From Planctomycetaceae bacterium (lineage in GTDB: Bacteria; Planctomycetota; Planctomycetia; Pirellulales; DASRSE01), in the NCBI GenBank assembly GCA_043738845.1, contig JAYUFG010000580.1, positions 1-53,963 of the forward strand: a stretch of 53,963 nucleotides of DNA, read 5' to 3'. The notes beneath the pieces were generated by a model. That model had not been told where the DNA came from. It worked only from the letters and a program-made list of their open reading frames with translations, and did no database searches. Made by a program: the position numbers and the translations under genes. Of this stretch, positions 1 through 7,830 are shown one piece after another (position 1 is the stretch's first letter; every line of letters starts with the position of its first letter).

Positions 1-221
1 CACACGCTCCCAGATAATTCAGAAAATAACCAACGACTTTCTGACCATCCTACGAACTCCGCCCCCAAAAAGTTCAAAAAAGTAACAGCCGCTACGCGAT
101 GCAATCGTACCGGGCATTGAAGGCGACCGGGTGTTAAAACACCCGGCTACAATCAGCCGTCGCTCTGCGATGAAATGCAAATAATCGGTTTGCCATGAAT
201 CAACGAAACACGATGCTCACG

Positions 222-325
222 ACAGTTATTCATGCGCCGATCCTAAGGACCGGCGCATAAATAACTGTCCCATTATCGTCCTTCACAACGGCGAAAAGCG
301 TCCTTTCGCGGAGCGAAAGACGACA
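222..325 (-). repeat. REP-D copy (palindrome ACAGTTATT..AATAACTGT plus CGTCCTTTCGCGGAGCGAAAGACG hairpin core)
   Basis: The reverse complement of 279..325 is near-identical to 14725..14772 (TGTCGTCTTTCGCTCCGCGAAAGGACGCTTTT(T)CGCCGTTGTG.AGGA). 222..268 is an imperfect palindrome. Confidence 0.8.
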
Positions 326-365
326 TTAATTTATGATCCCTTCCTAAGCAGATTGTCGAAGCACG

Positions 366-1643
366 TTACGAGAAGAGTTCTTTAATGACGGTTTCGCCTT
401 TCATGACAATTCGCATGGGGCGGCCGGAGCGGGTGTGGAACTCTTGCGTGTGGTCGATGTCGAGTGCTTTGCAGATCGTGCCGAGGAAATCGTTGGCTCC
501 GACAGGTCGATCAAGGACGCTGCCCCCTTCCCGGTCGGTCTTGCCGATGACTTGGCCCGCCTTGATTCCAGCACCGGCCATCATCGTGCTCCAGGCCTTT
601 GGCCAGTGACCTCGCCCATCACCCTTCACGTCGGGCGTGCGGCCGAAATCGCCCGACCACACGACGAGCGTGTTGTCGAGTAAGCCTTTGGCTTTTAAGT
701 CGATCAACAGAGTCGACATTCCTTGATCGAGTTCTTCACTCAGTTTTTTGACGCGAGGGAAATTGTCCTTGTGCGTGTCCCATCCGTCGAGATCAATCTC
801 CACAAATGGAACACCGACTTCAACCAGTCGCCGGGCGAGCAAGCAGGCTTCCGAGAATTTGCTCGTCCCGTAGGCCGAACGCAGCGACGGCGTTTCGGCC
901 GAGAGGTCGAACGCCTTCACTTTGTTGGAGTGCATCAGTCGTTCGGCGGCCAGATAAACTTCACGATGGGCAATCGCCGAGGTCGAATTCTTACGCTCGA
1001 CGAAACTCTTGTCTAACTCGTCGAGCAGTTGCGCCTTGCGGTCGAAATCGACCAGCCCACTCGTGGCCTTGATGTTCTCGACCCCTTTGGACGGATCGTC
1101 CACATTGAGCGGTGCATTCGCCGGACCGAGATAGCCCGAACTAAGCGTGCTGTTTTTGCCGAGCGAAACACGAATAAAGTTCGGGACTTCTGGCTCGGGA
1201 TCGCCCAATTTCGCCGAGACAATCGAGCCGAGCGTCGGGTGGACCACGCCGCCGACCCCTTCGCGATAACCGGTGTGGACGAGATACTTCGCCCGGGCGT
1301 GGCTCCCTTCGCTGGTGGACATGGAACGAATAAGGGCAATGTCCTTCATCTGTTTGGCGATTTTCGGCAAGTGTTCGGAGATTTGAATTCCGGAGACGGC
1401 GGTCGAGATGGCCTTGAATTCGCCGTTGCCCGGCTTGGGGTCGAACGTGTCGACGTGACTGGCTCCGCCCGACATGTAGAGCAGGATGCAGCTTTTGTGT
1501 TTCTTGCCCGACGCCGAGGCTTCGGCCGCACAGGCAGCGAGTTGACGGAACCAACCGGAGGAGGAACCGGCCAGCATTCCGGCAGTCGAGTAACGCAGCA
1601 GATCACGGCGGCTGAGCGAGTTCGGCAATGTGAGGCGTGACAT
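366..1643 (-). CDS. DUF1501 domain-containing protein (sulfatase-like fold) with Tat-type signal
   Basis: Track ORF 366..1754. I start it at the ATG at 1643, giving MSRLTLPNSLSRRDLLRYSTAGMLAG (twin-arginine-like SRRDLL plus a hydrophobic stretch). DUF1501 blocks are visible (CILLYMSGGASHVDTFDPKP; WSGDFGRTP..GRGHWP). It lies directly downstream of a DUF1549/DUF1553 gene, the usual planctomycete pairing. Confidence 0.9.
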   Translation of the reverse strand: MSRLTLPNSLSRRDLLRYSTAGMLAGSSSGWFRQLAACAAEASASGKKHKSCILLYMSGGASHVDTFDPKPGNGEFKAISTAVSGIQISEHLPKIAKQMKDIALIRSMSTSEGSHARAKYLVHTGYREGVGGVVHPTLGSIVSAKLGDPEPEVPNFIRVSLGKNSTLSSGYLGPANAPLNVDDPSKGVENIKATSGLVDFDRKAQLLDELDKSFVERKNSTSAIAHREVYLAAERLMHSNKVKAFDLSAETPSLRSAYGTSKFSEACLLARRLVEVGVPFVEIDLDGWDTHKDNFPRVKKLSEELDQGMSTLLIDLKAKGLLDNTLVVWSGDFGRTPDVKGDGRGHWPKAWSTMMAGAGIKAGQVIGKTDREGGSVLDRPVGANDFLGTICKALDIDHTQEFHTRSGRPMRIVMKGETVIKELFS

Positions 1644-1741
1644 GGTTTGGTCCTGGTTTCTGGTGGGACGCGATTTTTGCGGAATATTTTTTAGCGTGTG
1701 CGGAAAGGAGAATAGAAAGTCGAGGTTGATAGCGAGTGGAA

Positions 1742-1780
1742 GGGCGATTAGCACCGGGGGCTGACGCCCTCCGGCTCGCC
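1742..1780 (-). repeat. REP-J copy (GGCGAGCCGGAGG..CGT.AGC..CCGG hairpin)
   Basis: The reverse complement begins GGCGAGCCGGAGGGCGTCAGCCCCCGG, and its first 13 nt are identical to 52235..52247. It contains the hairpin CCGGGGGCTGACGCCCTCCGG and sits in the spacer between the DUF1553 and DUF1501 genes. Confidence 0.7.
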
Positions 1781-1787
1781 AGGGTGT

Positions 1788-3512
1788 TTAGTGATTCAGT
1801 ACGAACTCACCGCTGTTGAGCAAGACCCAAAACATGTCGCGATAGGCTTTCGTTGGTCCGCCCGGTGCAGCGACGTTGGACTTGGCCAAATAGGCTGACA
1901 TTTTTTGCGTTTCGGTCGGACGGGGTGGACGCGACAGCACCGACCAATACAACCCTTCAATAACCTTGTTCGGTGCGGAGGCATTCGCGCTCGTCAACTT
2001 GTCCAACGTGGGACACGACTTTTCTAAATCCCCGCTGTTCATCAGCCGTAAAACTTGAGGAACGCCGTGACTATAATCGGGCAGGTCGGGCTCTTCGGAC
2101 GTGTTGAACTGGGCAATGAACTGTCCGGCGGGACTTTGGTTCCCCTTCTTGCCGCCACCTTCACGACCACTCTTGCGACCTTCGATTAGGTCATGGCCAG
2201 CGGCCGTCGTGAGCGAATTGAGCATCACCTCTGCACTCATGGCCTTCAATGCCATGTGGCTGAACAACTTCTCGTCGTTGACATTGTCGGCCGTCGTGTC
2301 GCTCGAGCGTTGATACGCTTTGGAATTGCAAATGCAGCGGACAAGATGTTTCAGGTCATAACCGCTGGCCGTGAATTCTTCCGCCAAAGCCTTGAGCAAC
2401 TCCGGATGCGAAGGGTTGTTCCCTTCGCGAAAATCATCGACCGGCTCGACAATTCCGCGACCATAAAAGTGCGACCACATTCGATTGACGGCTGCCCGAG
2501 CAAAGGCGTCGTTCTTCGGCGAGGTACACCACTTGGCAAATTCGCTGCGGAGCGAGGAACTATTGGCCGAGGGAACCGTGCCGTCGGGCAATTTGGCCGT
2601 GACCAGGACGCCCTTCTTTTCGGGAATCTCGATGGAGGCTTGGCCCGGTGCTTTTTCGTGAACGGCCGGATCGCCGGTCCCTTTTTTGGCAGCCATCTTG
2701 CCTGCACCCGTGAAATTTGTCTTGCCGAAATAGGCCGCCATCGACCAGAAATCTTTTTGTGGAAAACCAGTGAACGGATGGTTGTGACACTCAGCGCATT
2801 GGTACTGCGTGCCTAGAAATCGCTGCGTGGCAGAGGCCAACGCCTCTTGCGGTTTGAGCTTGGCGTCTTTGTTGCCTTCGGAATGGGCAAACCAAAAAAC
2901 GGTGGCCGGATGCGTGTCGAGTTCACCTTCGACCGTGAGGATTTCTTGGACGATTTTGTCCCAACCACGATTCTGATCGAACTGCTCGGACATCCAATCG
3001 GCAAACGTGTGTTTGACCAGCCGCCGATTGTCGTCGTTCGGCACCACGAGCAGGTGGTACCAAATCGTCCCAAAATTCGTGCCGTATTCTTTATCGGCGA
3101 GCAATTCGTCAATCGCTTTTTGGCGTTTGTCGGGACTCTTGTCGGCAACGAAAGCCTGCGCCTTTTCGGCGGTCGGAATTCTGCCCACGATGTCAATCGT
3201 CACGCGACGGAGAAACTCGCTGTCGCTGGTCGGGAGCGACGCCGAAATAGTCGCTTCGCGGAGCAGGCGGTCCACTTCGCTATCGACCATTTTGGCGAGG
3301 GGAAGCGGATCGCGATCACTGACGGGTGAATTGTTCGAGGTGGAACTATTGGTTCCAGAGCCGTTTGTTGCGGGCGTTTTCGGCGTGGCGTCAGCCTTGG
3401 CTGTTTTCTTTCCTGTCGAGGAGTCGGCGTTGGGTTTGGCGACCGGTTTCGCGGCAAAAGCAGGGAGGGAAAATGCCAAAAGTCCGATCAGGACGCACAT
3501 GGAACGAATCAT
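1788..3512 (-). CDS. DUF1549/DUF1553 domain-containing secreted protein (PSD1-type)
   Basis: 574-aa ORF with an N-terminal signal peptide ([23 protein letters not shown]). DUF1549-type block [22 protein letters not shown] and DUF1553-type block [30 protein letters not shown] are present. It is paired with the DUF1501 gene. Confidence 0.9.
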   Translation of the reverse strand: [574 protein letters not shown]

Positions 3513-3583
3513 GGAACCCTCCGAGAATCGAAAATCCGAACCGTGAACTCAAACCAATTGCGTGACAAAATTGTTGGCGATTG

Positions 3584-3665
3584 GACCCCGAAGGGGTCAC
3601 TGCGATTAGCCGGTGGTGTCGCTGCGCTCAATCACCGGCTAATCGCTAACATCCCTCCGGGATGG
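3584..3665 (+). repeat. REP-B copy: three consecutive hairpins
   Basis: Hairpins: GACCCCgaaGGGGTC (3584..3598); a perfect 14-bp stem GCGATTAGCCGGTG / CACCGGCTAATCGC (3602..3615 / 3633..3646); CATCCCtccGGGATG (3650..3664). The same modules recur at 50775..51003. Confidence 0.85.
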
Positions 3666-3773
3666 AAAAAGTTGACTATGAATGTGCGGAACTCAACTCA
3701 CCCCAACATTGTGACCGAACCCCTGGCTCAATTTCAAGCCAAAAAATCTCGCCTTCAAGCGGAATAATTTTGG

Positions 3774-4208
3774 TTATACGTTCTTCTTTTTCTTGGCTTT
3801 CGCCTTGCCCGAGTCAAACGGCGACTTGCTGACGCTCAGCGTCTTGGCGGCACCCTCGTCGTCGAGCGTGGCCAGGACGTAGTAACCTTTTTGCAGCTTC
3901 TTTTCGTCTTGGTTGTCGATCCCGACGTAATCGATGGCCGTGGAACTCGACAGGCGAATTTCCCGGTTGCCAGCACCAGCCTTCTTTCCCTTTTTGGCTG
4001 TTCCCTTTTTGGCCTTGGCAGGGTCTTTGGCCTTTTTAGCCGCTCCGCCAGAAATCGTAATGACCTTGCCATCATCGCTGACGGCTTGAATTTGGCCAGA
4101 AATTTTGGCTTCCGGCTTCTTCTTGGCCTTTTTGGCTGCCTGGGCTTCGGAAACGCCGATAGATGCGACCAACGCGATAACACTCAAACCAATTACCCAG
4201 CGAATCAT
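3774..4208 (-). CDS. secreted Lys/Ala-rich hypothetical protein
   Basis: The ATG at 4208 gives MIRWVIGLSVIALVASIGVSEAQA (signal peptide). The track start at 4223 is a TTG. The rest is Lys-rich with no recognisable domain. Confidence 0.6.
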   Translation of the reverse strand: MIRWVIGLSVIALVASIGVSEAQAAKKAKKKPEAKISGQIQAVSDDGKVITISGGAAKKAKDPAKAKKGTAKKGKKAGAGNREIRLSSSTAIDYVGIDNQDEKKLQKGYYVLATLDDEGAAKTLSVSKSPFDSGKAKAKKKKNV

Positions 4209-4454
4209 GGTTCTTTCTCCCAAAAAGTGCCGAAACGAGATGTTGTTCGTAAAATTTCCGTTCGTTGGGCGGTGGCAAACGAGTGATTATGCCCGCCAAC
4301 GGATGATTACGGCGCGAGGGGTGGGTGAATTAACGTCGGAGAGTAAAAAGTTTTTTGGGCCGCCGATTTGCTTCCCAGCGTTAATTCCCCCAGTTTCCGC
4401 GCCGTAGTAGCATGGAAGATGTATAGCAGAGTATCGTCGGACACCAGAAATTGC

Positions 4455-4617
4455 TTTCCTATTCCCCTCTTTGATCTCTTGTATCTCTGTGGCTAATTCT
4501 TTGTAATTGGGTGCTTGCGTCGCCCGTTCCGGTTAAGACCGAAATACAAAAATACAAACTGACGAAGAATTAGCCACAGAGATACGAGAGGACACAGAGA
4601 AAGAAACAGAGAAAAAA
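4455..4617. repeat. REP-G: long inverted repeat with perfect 21-bp core
   Basis: GTATCTCTGTGGCTAATTCTT (4481..4501) is the exact reverse complement of AAGAATTAGCCACAGAGATAC (4565..4585). The flanks continue as a pyrimidine-rich left arm and a purine-rich right arm (imperfect). It lies upstream of the ECF sigma gene. Confidence 0.85.
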
Positions 4618-4714
4618 TAGTTGATTGAACGAAACGTGTTTGTTCTTCCGATGGCATTGCGTGAGCGTTGTTCTCAGATTCAGTAATTCTCGATAGCGTG
4701 ACCATTCAAACCTT

Positions 4715-5239
4715 ATGGCCAAGTCAGACCTGCAACAATTCGCACAAGAACTTACGACGTTGCAACGGCCGCTGTTCGTCTACATTACGAAGCTGCTGGG
4801 GCGACCGAACGATGCTGAGGACGTTCTGCAAGAGGTCAACCGCGTGTTGTGGGAAAAGATCGACGAGTTTCAACCCGGTACGGTTCTCGGTGCCTGGGCG
4901 TCGAAGATCGCTTACTACGAAGTCCTCACGTTCCGCAAGAAGAAGGCTCGACAGCGGCTATGTTTTAGTGACGAGACGCTGGCCTTGATCGCCGATGATG
5001 CGGAAAATGTGATGCACATCGAGTCCGACGAACAAACGGCCTTGCATCATTGTTTGTCCAAACTAATCGACCGGGATCGCGACCTCATCACGAAACGTTA
5101 CGTCGGTGAGAATGACCTGCATTCCTTAGCGAACATGTTTCACCGCTCTGAGCCGTCGCTCTGTCGCTCGCTGACTAGAATTCGGATGACACTGCTGGAG
5201 TGCATTCGCAGTTCACTGGCTGCGGACGGTGTCGCATGA
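4715..5239 (+). CDS. ECF-type RNA polymerase sigma-70 family factor
   Basis: 174 aa with sigma2-like (DAEDVLQEVNRVLWEKIDEF) and sigma4-like (RDLITKRYVGENDLHSLANMF) regions. Its stop overlaps the start of the downstream anti-sigma gene (ATGA at 5236..5239). Confidence 0.9.
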   Translation: MAKSDLQQFAQELTTLQRPLFVYITKLLGRPNDAEDVLQEVNRVLWEKIDEFQPGTVLGAWASKIAYYEVLTFRKKKARQRLCFSDETLALIADDAENVMHIESDEQTALHHCLSKLIDRDRDLITKRYVGENDLHSLANMFHRSEPSLCRSLTRIRMTLLECIRSSLAADGVA

Positions 5240-7107
5240 ACGAAAAACAATACACGCCCGAGTTGCAACGCTTTGACGAACTTCTGTCGGCTTATTGCGA
5301 CGAGCGGCTGACCGATGTCGAGTTTGTGGAGTTAGAAAACACCCTGCGACAAAACGCCGCTCTCCGCCGCCGGTTTCACGACGGGATGAACGTGCATGGG
5401 CAGTTGGCCTGGTCGTATGGCAGCGGGACCGTCCGCGCCGCAGGGAATTTGGGTTTGCCGTTTTCGGCCGACGTTACTCCCAGTCAGTCGCTGGCTGGAA
5501 CTCCGGCTCGAAACGCCCACCGTCGCTGGCTCGTTTGGTCGGTGGGCATTCTGGCGACGGCCGCGTCGTTGTTCGTCGCCGCTTGGCTCTCGTGGCCTGG
5601 GCAAAATCAACCCTTGCCAGGAACGGGAAGCAGTTCGCCTATCGTAGCCAAAGTGGTCGATCTGGTCGGAGATGCGGAACTTGTCGCTGACAACCAAACT
5701 TCCACGAAGCCTGTCACGGTGGTCGCGTCGGGGCAAGAAATTCACCTGGGCGAAACTTTTCGGACTTCGTCGGATGATGGCTCGGCGGTGATCGAGTACG
5801 CCGACGGGACACGTGTGGAACTCAATCCCGACACCGAAATTCAGTTTGTGTCGTATCAACCGGAGGGTGCTATCAAGCCGGACGGTTCTGGCGGGCTGGG
5901 CAAAAAAATTCTGCTTAACAAAGGGATCGTTCGTGCAGAGGTTGCCAAGCAACCGGCCGGGCGACCGATGTTGCTCGTAACGCCGCACGCTCAAATGCGG
6001 GTGCTGGGGACATCGTTCACGTTTGGTGTTTCCGAAGAGTCTAGCCGCGTTGATCTTGAAGAAGGCCGCGTTCAATTCACGCGACAGTCCGACGGCCAAA
6101 CGGTCGATGTGGAACAAGGTTATTACGCGGTCGCATCGGCGACGGCCGAGCCGCTCGTCGCGCAACAACGGCCGAAGGCGACGCCGATTGCCAACACGCG
6201 AATCAAGCCGGGCGGCGGTCATTCGGCCGTTCTCTCCGCCGATGGTTCGCTCCTCGCTACGCTCCGCCGCAATCAAGTTCAGTTGTGGGACAGCCGGTCG
6301 GGCAACAAACGTGGCTCGTTCGATCAAAAACATACCAAGGGAACGCATCTCGCTTTTTCGCCGGATAAGCAGTGGCTGGCCATTTTCGGCGGCGATAACA
6401 AAATTGTCGTGTGGAGTGTGGCCGACAGATCCGTTCGCAAAACATTTACTCTGGCGAACATGCCGTCGGCCGTTGCTTTCGCGGCCGACAGTTCTTGGCT
6501 GTGTGCGAGTGAACGGGCCGCGAGTGAAAAGGGGACTGAATCCGGCGGACTTGTTCACCGCTGGGACATCAAGGACAACAAACCGGTCGCCGATTTGCGC
6601 ACGTCGGCGAAAGGGATTTCGTCGCTCGCCGTTTCGCCCGATGGTCAGTTGGTCGCGGTGGGAACGACCGAAGGACGAACGTTGATCTGGAGCTTGGGCA
6701 ACGATTCACAGATTGGGTCGTTTCCGGTTGGGACGGGCTACGTCACTGGTTTGGCTTTTTCACCTGACGGAAAGTGGCTGGCCGCTTCGCGAAAGGCGGG
6801 AGCCGTCGTCGTGCTTTACAATTTGCTGGAGCGGGGCGAGACGATCTCCAACCTTGGCCTGTCTCTCATTGGACACGGACAAGCGGTGCGGGCCATGTCG
6901 TTCTCCGCGAATGGTCAAGCTCTCGCGGTGGGTACGAATGACGGCAACGTCACCCTGTGGAACCCGAACAACAAACGCGAACTTGGCTGGTTCGGTGCGG
7001 GGGGGCGAGCGGTCCTGTCGCTGGCGTTTGTGCCGGATGGAAATTCACTCTTAACCGCTGCGAACACCGGTGTCATTGAATTCTGGCGAACGCCAACCGA
7101 AAAATAA
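5236..7107 (+). CDS. anti-sigma factor, FecR domain fused to periplasmic WD40 repeats
   Basis: Starts at the ATG at 5236 (MNEKQYTPEL), overlapping the sigma stop. It has an anti-sigma N-terminus, one TM segment (WLVWSVGILATAASLFVAAWLSW), a FecR-like block (GQEIHLGETFRTSSDDGSAVIEYADGTRVELNPDTEIQF), then repeated WD40-like units (..SPDGQLVAVGTTEGRTLIWS.., ..SANGQALAVGTNDGNVTLWN..). Confidence 0.85.
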   Translation: MNEKQYTPELQRFDELLSAYCDERLTDVEFVELENTLRQNAALRRRFHDGMNVHGQLAWSYGSGTVRAAGNLGLPFSADVTPSQSLAGTPARNAHRRWLVWSVGILATAASLFVAAWLSWPGQNQPLPGTGSSSPIVAKVVDLVGDAELVADNQTSTKPVTVVASGQEIHLGETFRTSSDDGSAVIEYADGTRVELNPDTEIQFVSYQPEGAIKPDGSGGLGKKILLNKGIVRAEVAKQPAGRPMLLVTPHAQMRVLGTSFTFGVSEESSRVDLEEGRVQFTRQSDGQTVDVEQGYYAVASATAEPLVAQQRPKATPIANTRIKPGGGHSAVLSADGSLLATLRRNQVQLWDSRSGNKRGSFDQKHTKGTHLAFSPDKQWLAIFGGDNKIVVWSVADRSVRKTFTLANMPSAVAFAADSSWLCASERAASEKGTESGGLVHRWDIKDNKPVADLRTSAKGISSLAVSPDGQLVAVGTTEGRTLIWSLGNDSQIGSFPVGTGYVTGLAFSPDGKWLAASRKAGAVVVLYNLLERGETISNLGLSLIGHGQAVRAMSFSANGQALAVGTNDGNVTLWNPNNKRELGWFGAGGRAVLSLAFVPDGNSLLTAANTGVIEFWRTPTEK

Positions 7108-7134
7108 TTCGAAGGTTGTGAGTTTCGACGCTAG

Positions 7135-7830
7135 CTACTCGTTGATCCCGAGTTTTTTCCAGGCTGGGCCAACAGGTGCGGTCCAGGCGAGCCGTTCTTG
7201 CGAAACGGGATGGGAAAGGGCGAGTCGTCGCGAGTGGAGGGCAATTCCGCCGGTGAATGAACCGGTGCCGCCATATTTTTTGTCGCCCAGGATCGGATGT
7301 CCATGATGCGAAAACTGCACGCGGATTTGATGTTTGCGGCCCGACTCGAGCGACACCTCGACCCAGGTCAAATGGGCAAACTCGCGTAGGCGGCGAAAGG
7401 AAAGTCGGGCAAGTTGTGCCCCCGAACGCGAACGATCTACGACGCGCATCCGATGGGCGGCTTCGTCCTTCAGCAGCGACTCCTCAAACGTTCCGGCGGA
7501 AGCCAGGCCGGTCCCTTCGACCACGGCCCAATAAGTTTTTTCAACGGCCTGCGTGCGAAATTGTTCCGAGAGTCGGGCGGCCGCTTTGCTCGTGCGGGCA
7601 AAGACGATCACGCCCGACACGAGCGAGTCGAGACGGCTAACGACGCCAAGATAGACGTTTCCCGGCTTCTGATATTTTTGCTTGAGATACTGTTTCGCGA
7701 CGTGCAGCAGACTCGGTTCGTCGGGCTGCACGCCCATCGTGGGAATGCCCGCTGGTTTGTTCACGACGAGGAGATGATTGTCCTCGAACAGGACGGACAA
7801 CGAAGCGGGAGGGAGATGCGAGCGGCTCAC
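7135..7830 (-). CDS. RluA-family pseudouridine synthase
   Basis: Motifs LLVVNKPAGIPT, GVVSRLDSLVSGVIVFA and GRKHQIRVQFSHHGHPILGDKKYG. It has a GTG start overlapping the stop of the upstream TPR gene (GTGA at 7827..7830). Confidence 0.9.
   Translation of the reverse strand: MSRSHLPPASLSVLFEDNHLLVVNKPAGIPTMGVQPDEPSLLHVAKQYLKQKYQKPGNVYLGVVSRLDSLVSGVIVFARTSKAAARLSEQFRTQAVEKTYWAVVEGTGLASAGTFEESLLKDEAAHRMRVVDRSRSGAQLARLSFRRLREFAHLTWVEVSLESGRKHQIRVQFSHHGHPILGDKKYGGTGSFTGGIALHSRRLALSHPVSQERLAWTAPVGPAWKKLGINE

Noticed and set aside
3543-3767. 74-aa ORF (and similar ORFs 15026..15292, 35316..35678, 45469..45759, 50774..50974)
   Set aside because: These are translations of REP-A/B/C repeat DNA. They contain the recurrent peptides LAGGVAALNHRLIANIPPG, VGQACGLT and SGHRPDL, which follow the repeats and not any gene context.
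5332-6558. 408-aa minus-strand ORF
   Set aside because: It is entirely antisense to the FecR-WD40 anti-sigma gene, which has clear domain signatures. Its translation is Arg/Pro-rich and low-complexity, typical of antisense frames in GC-rich coding DNA.
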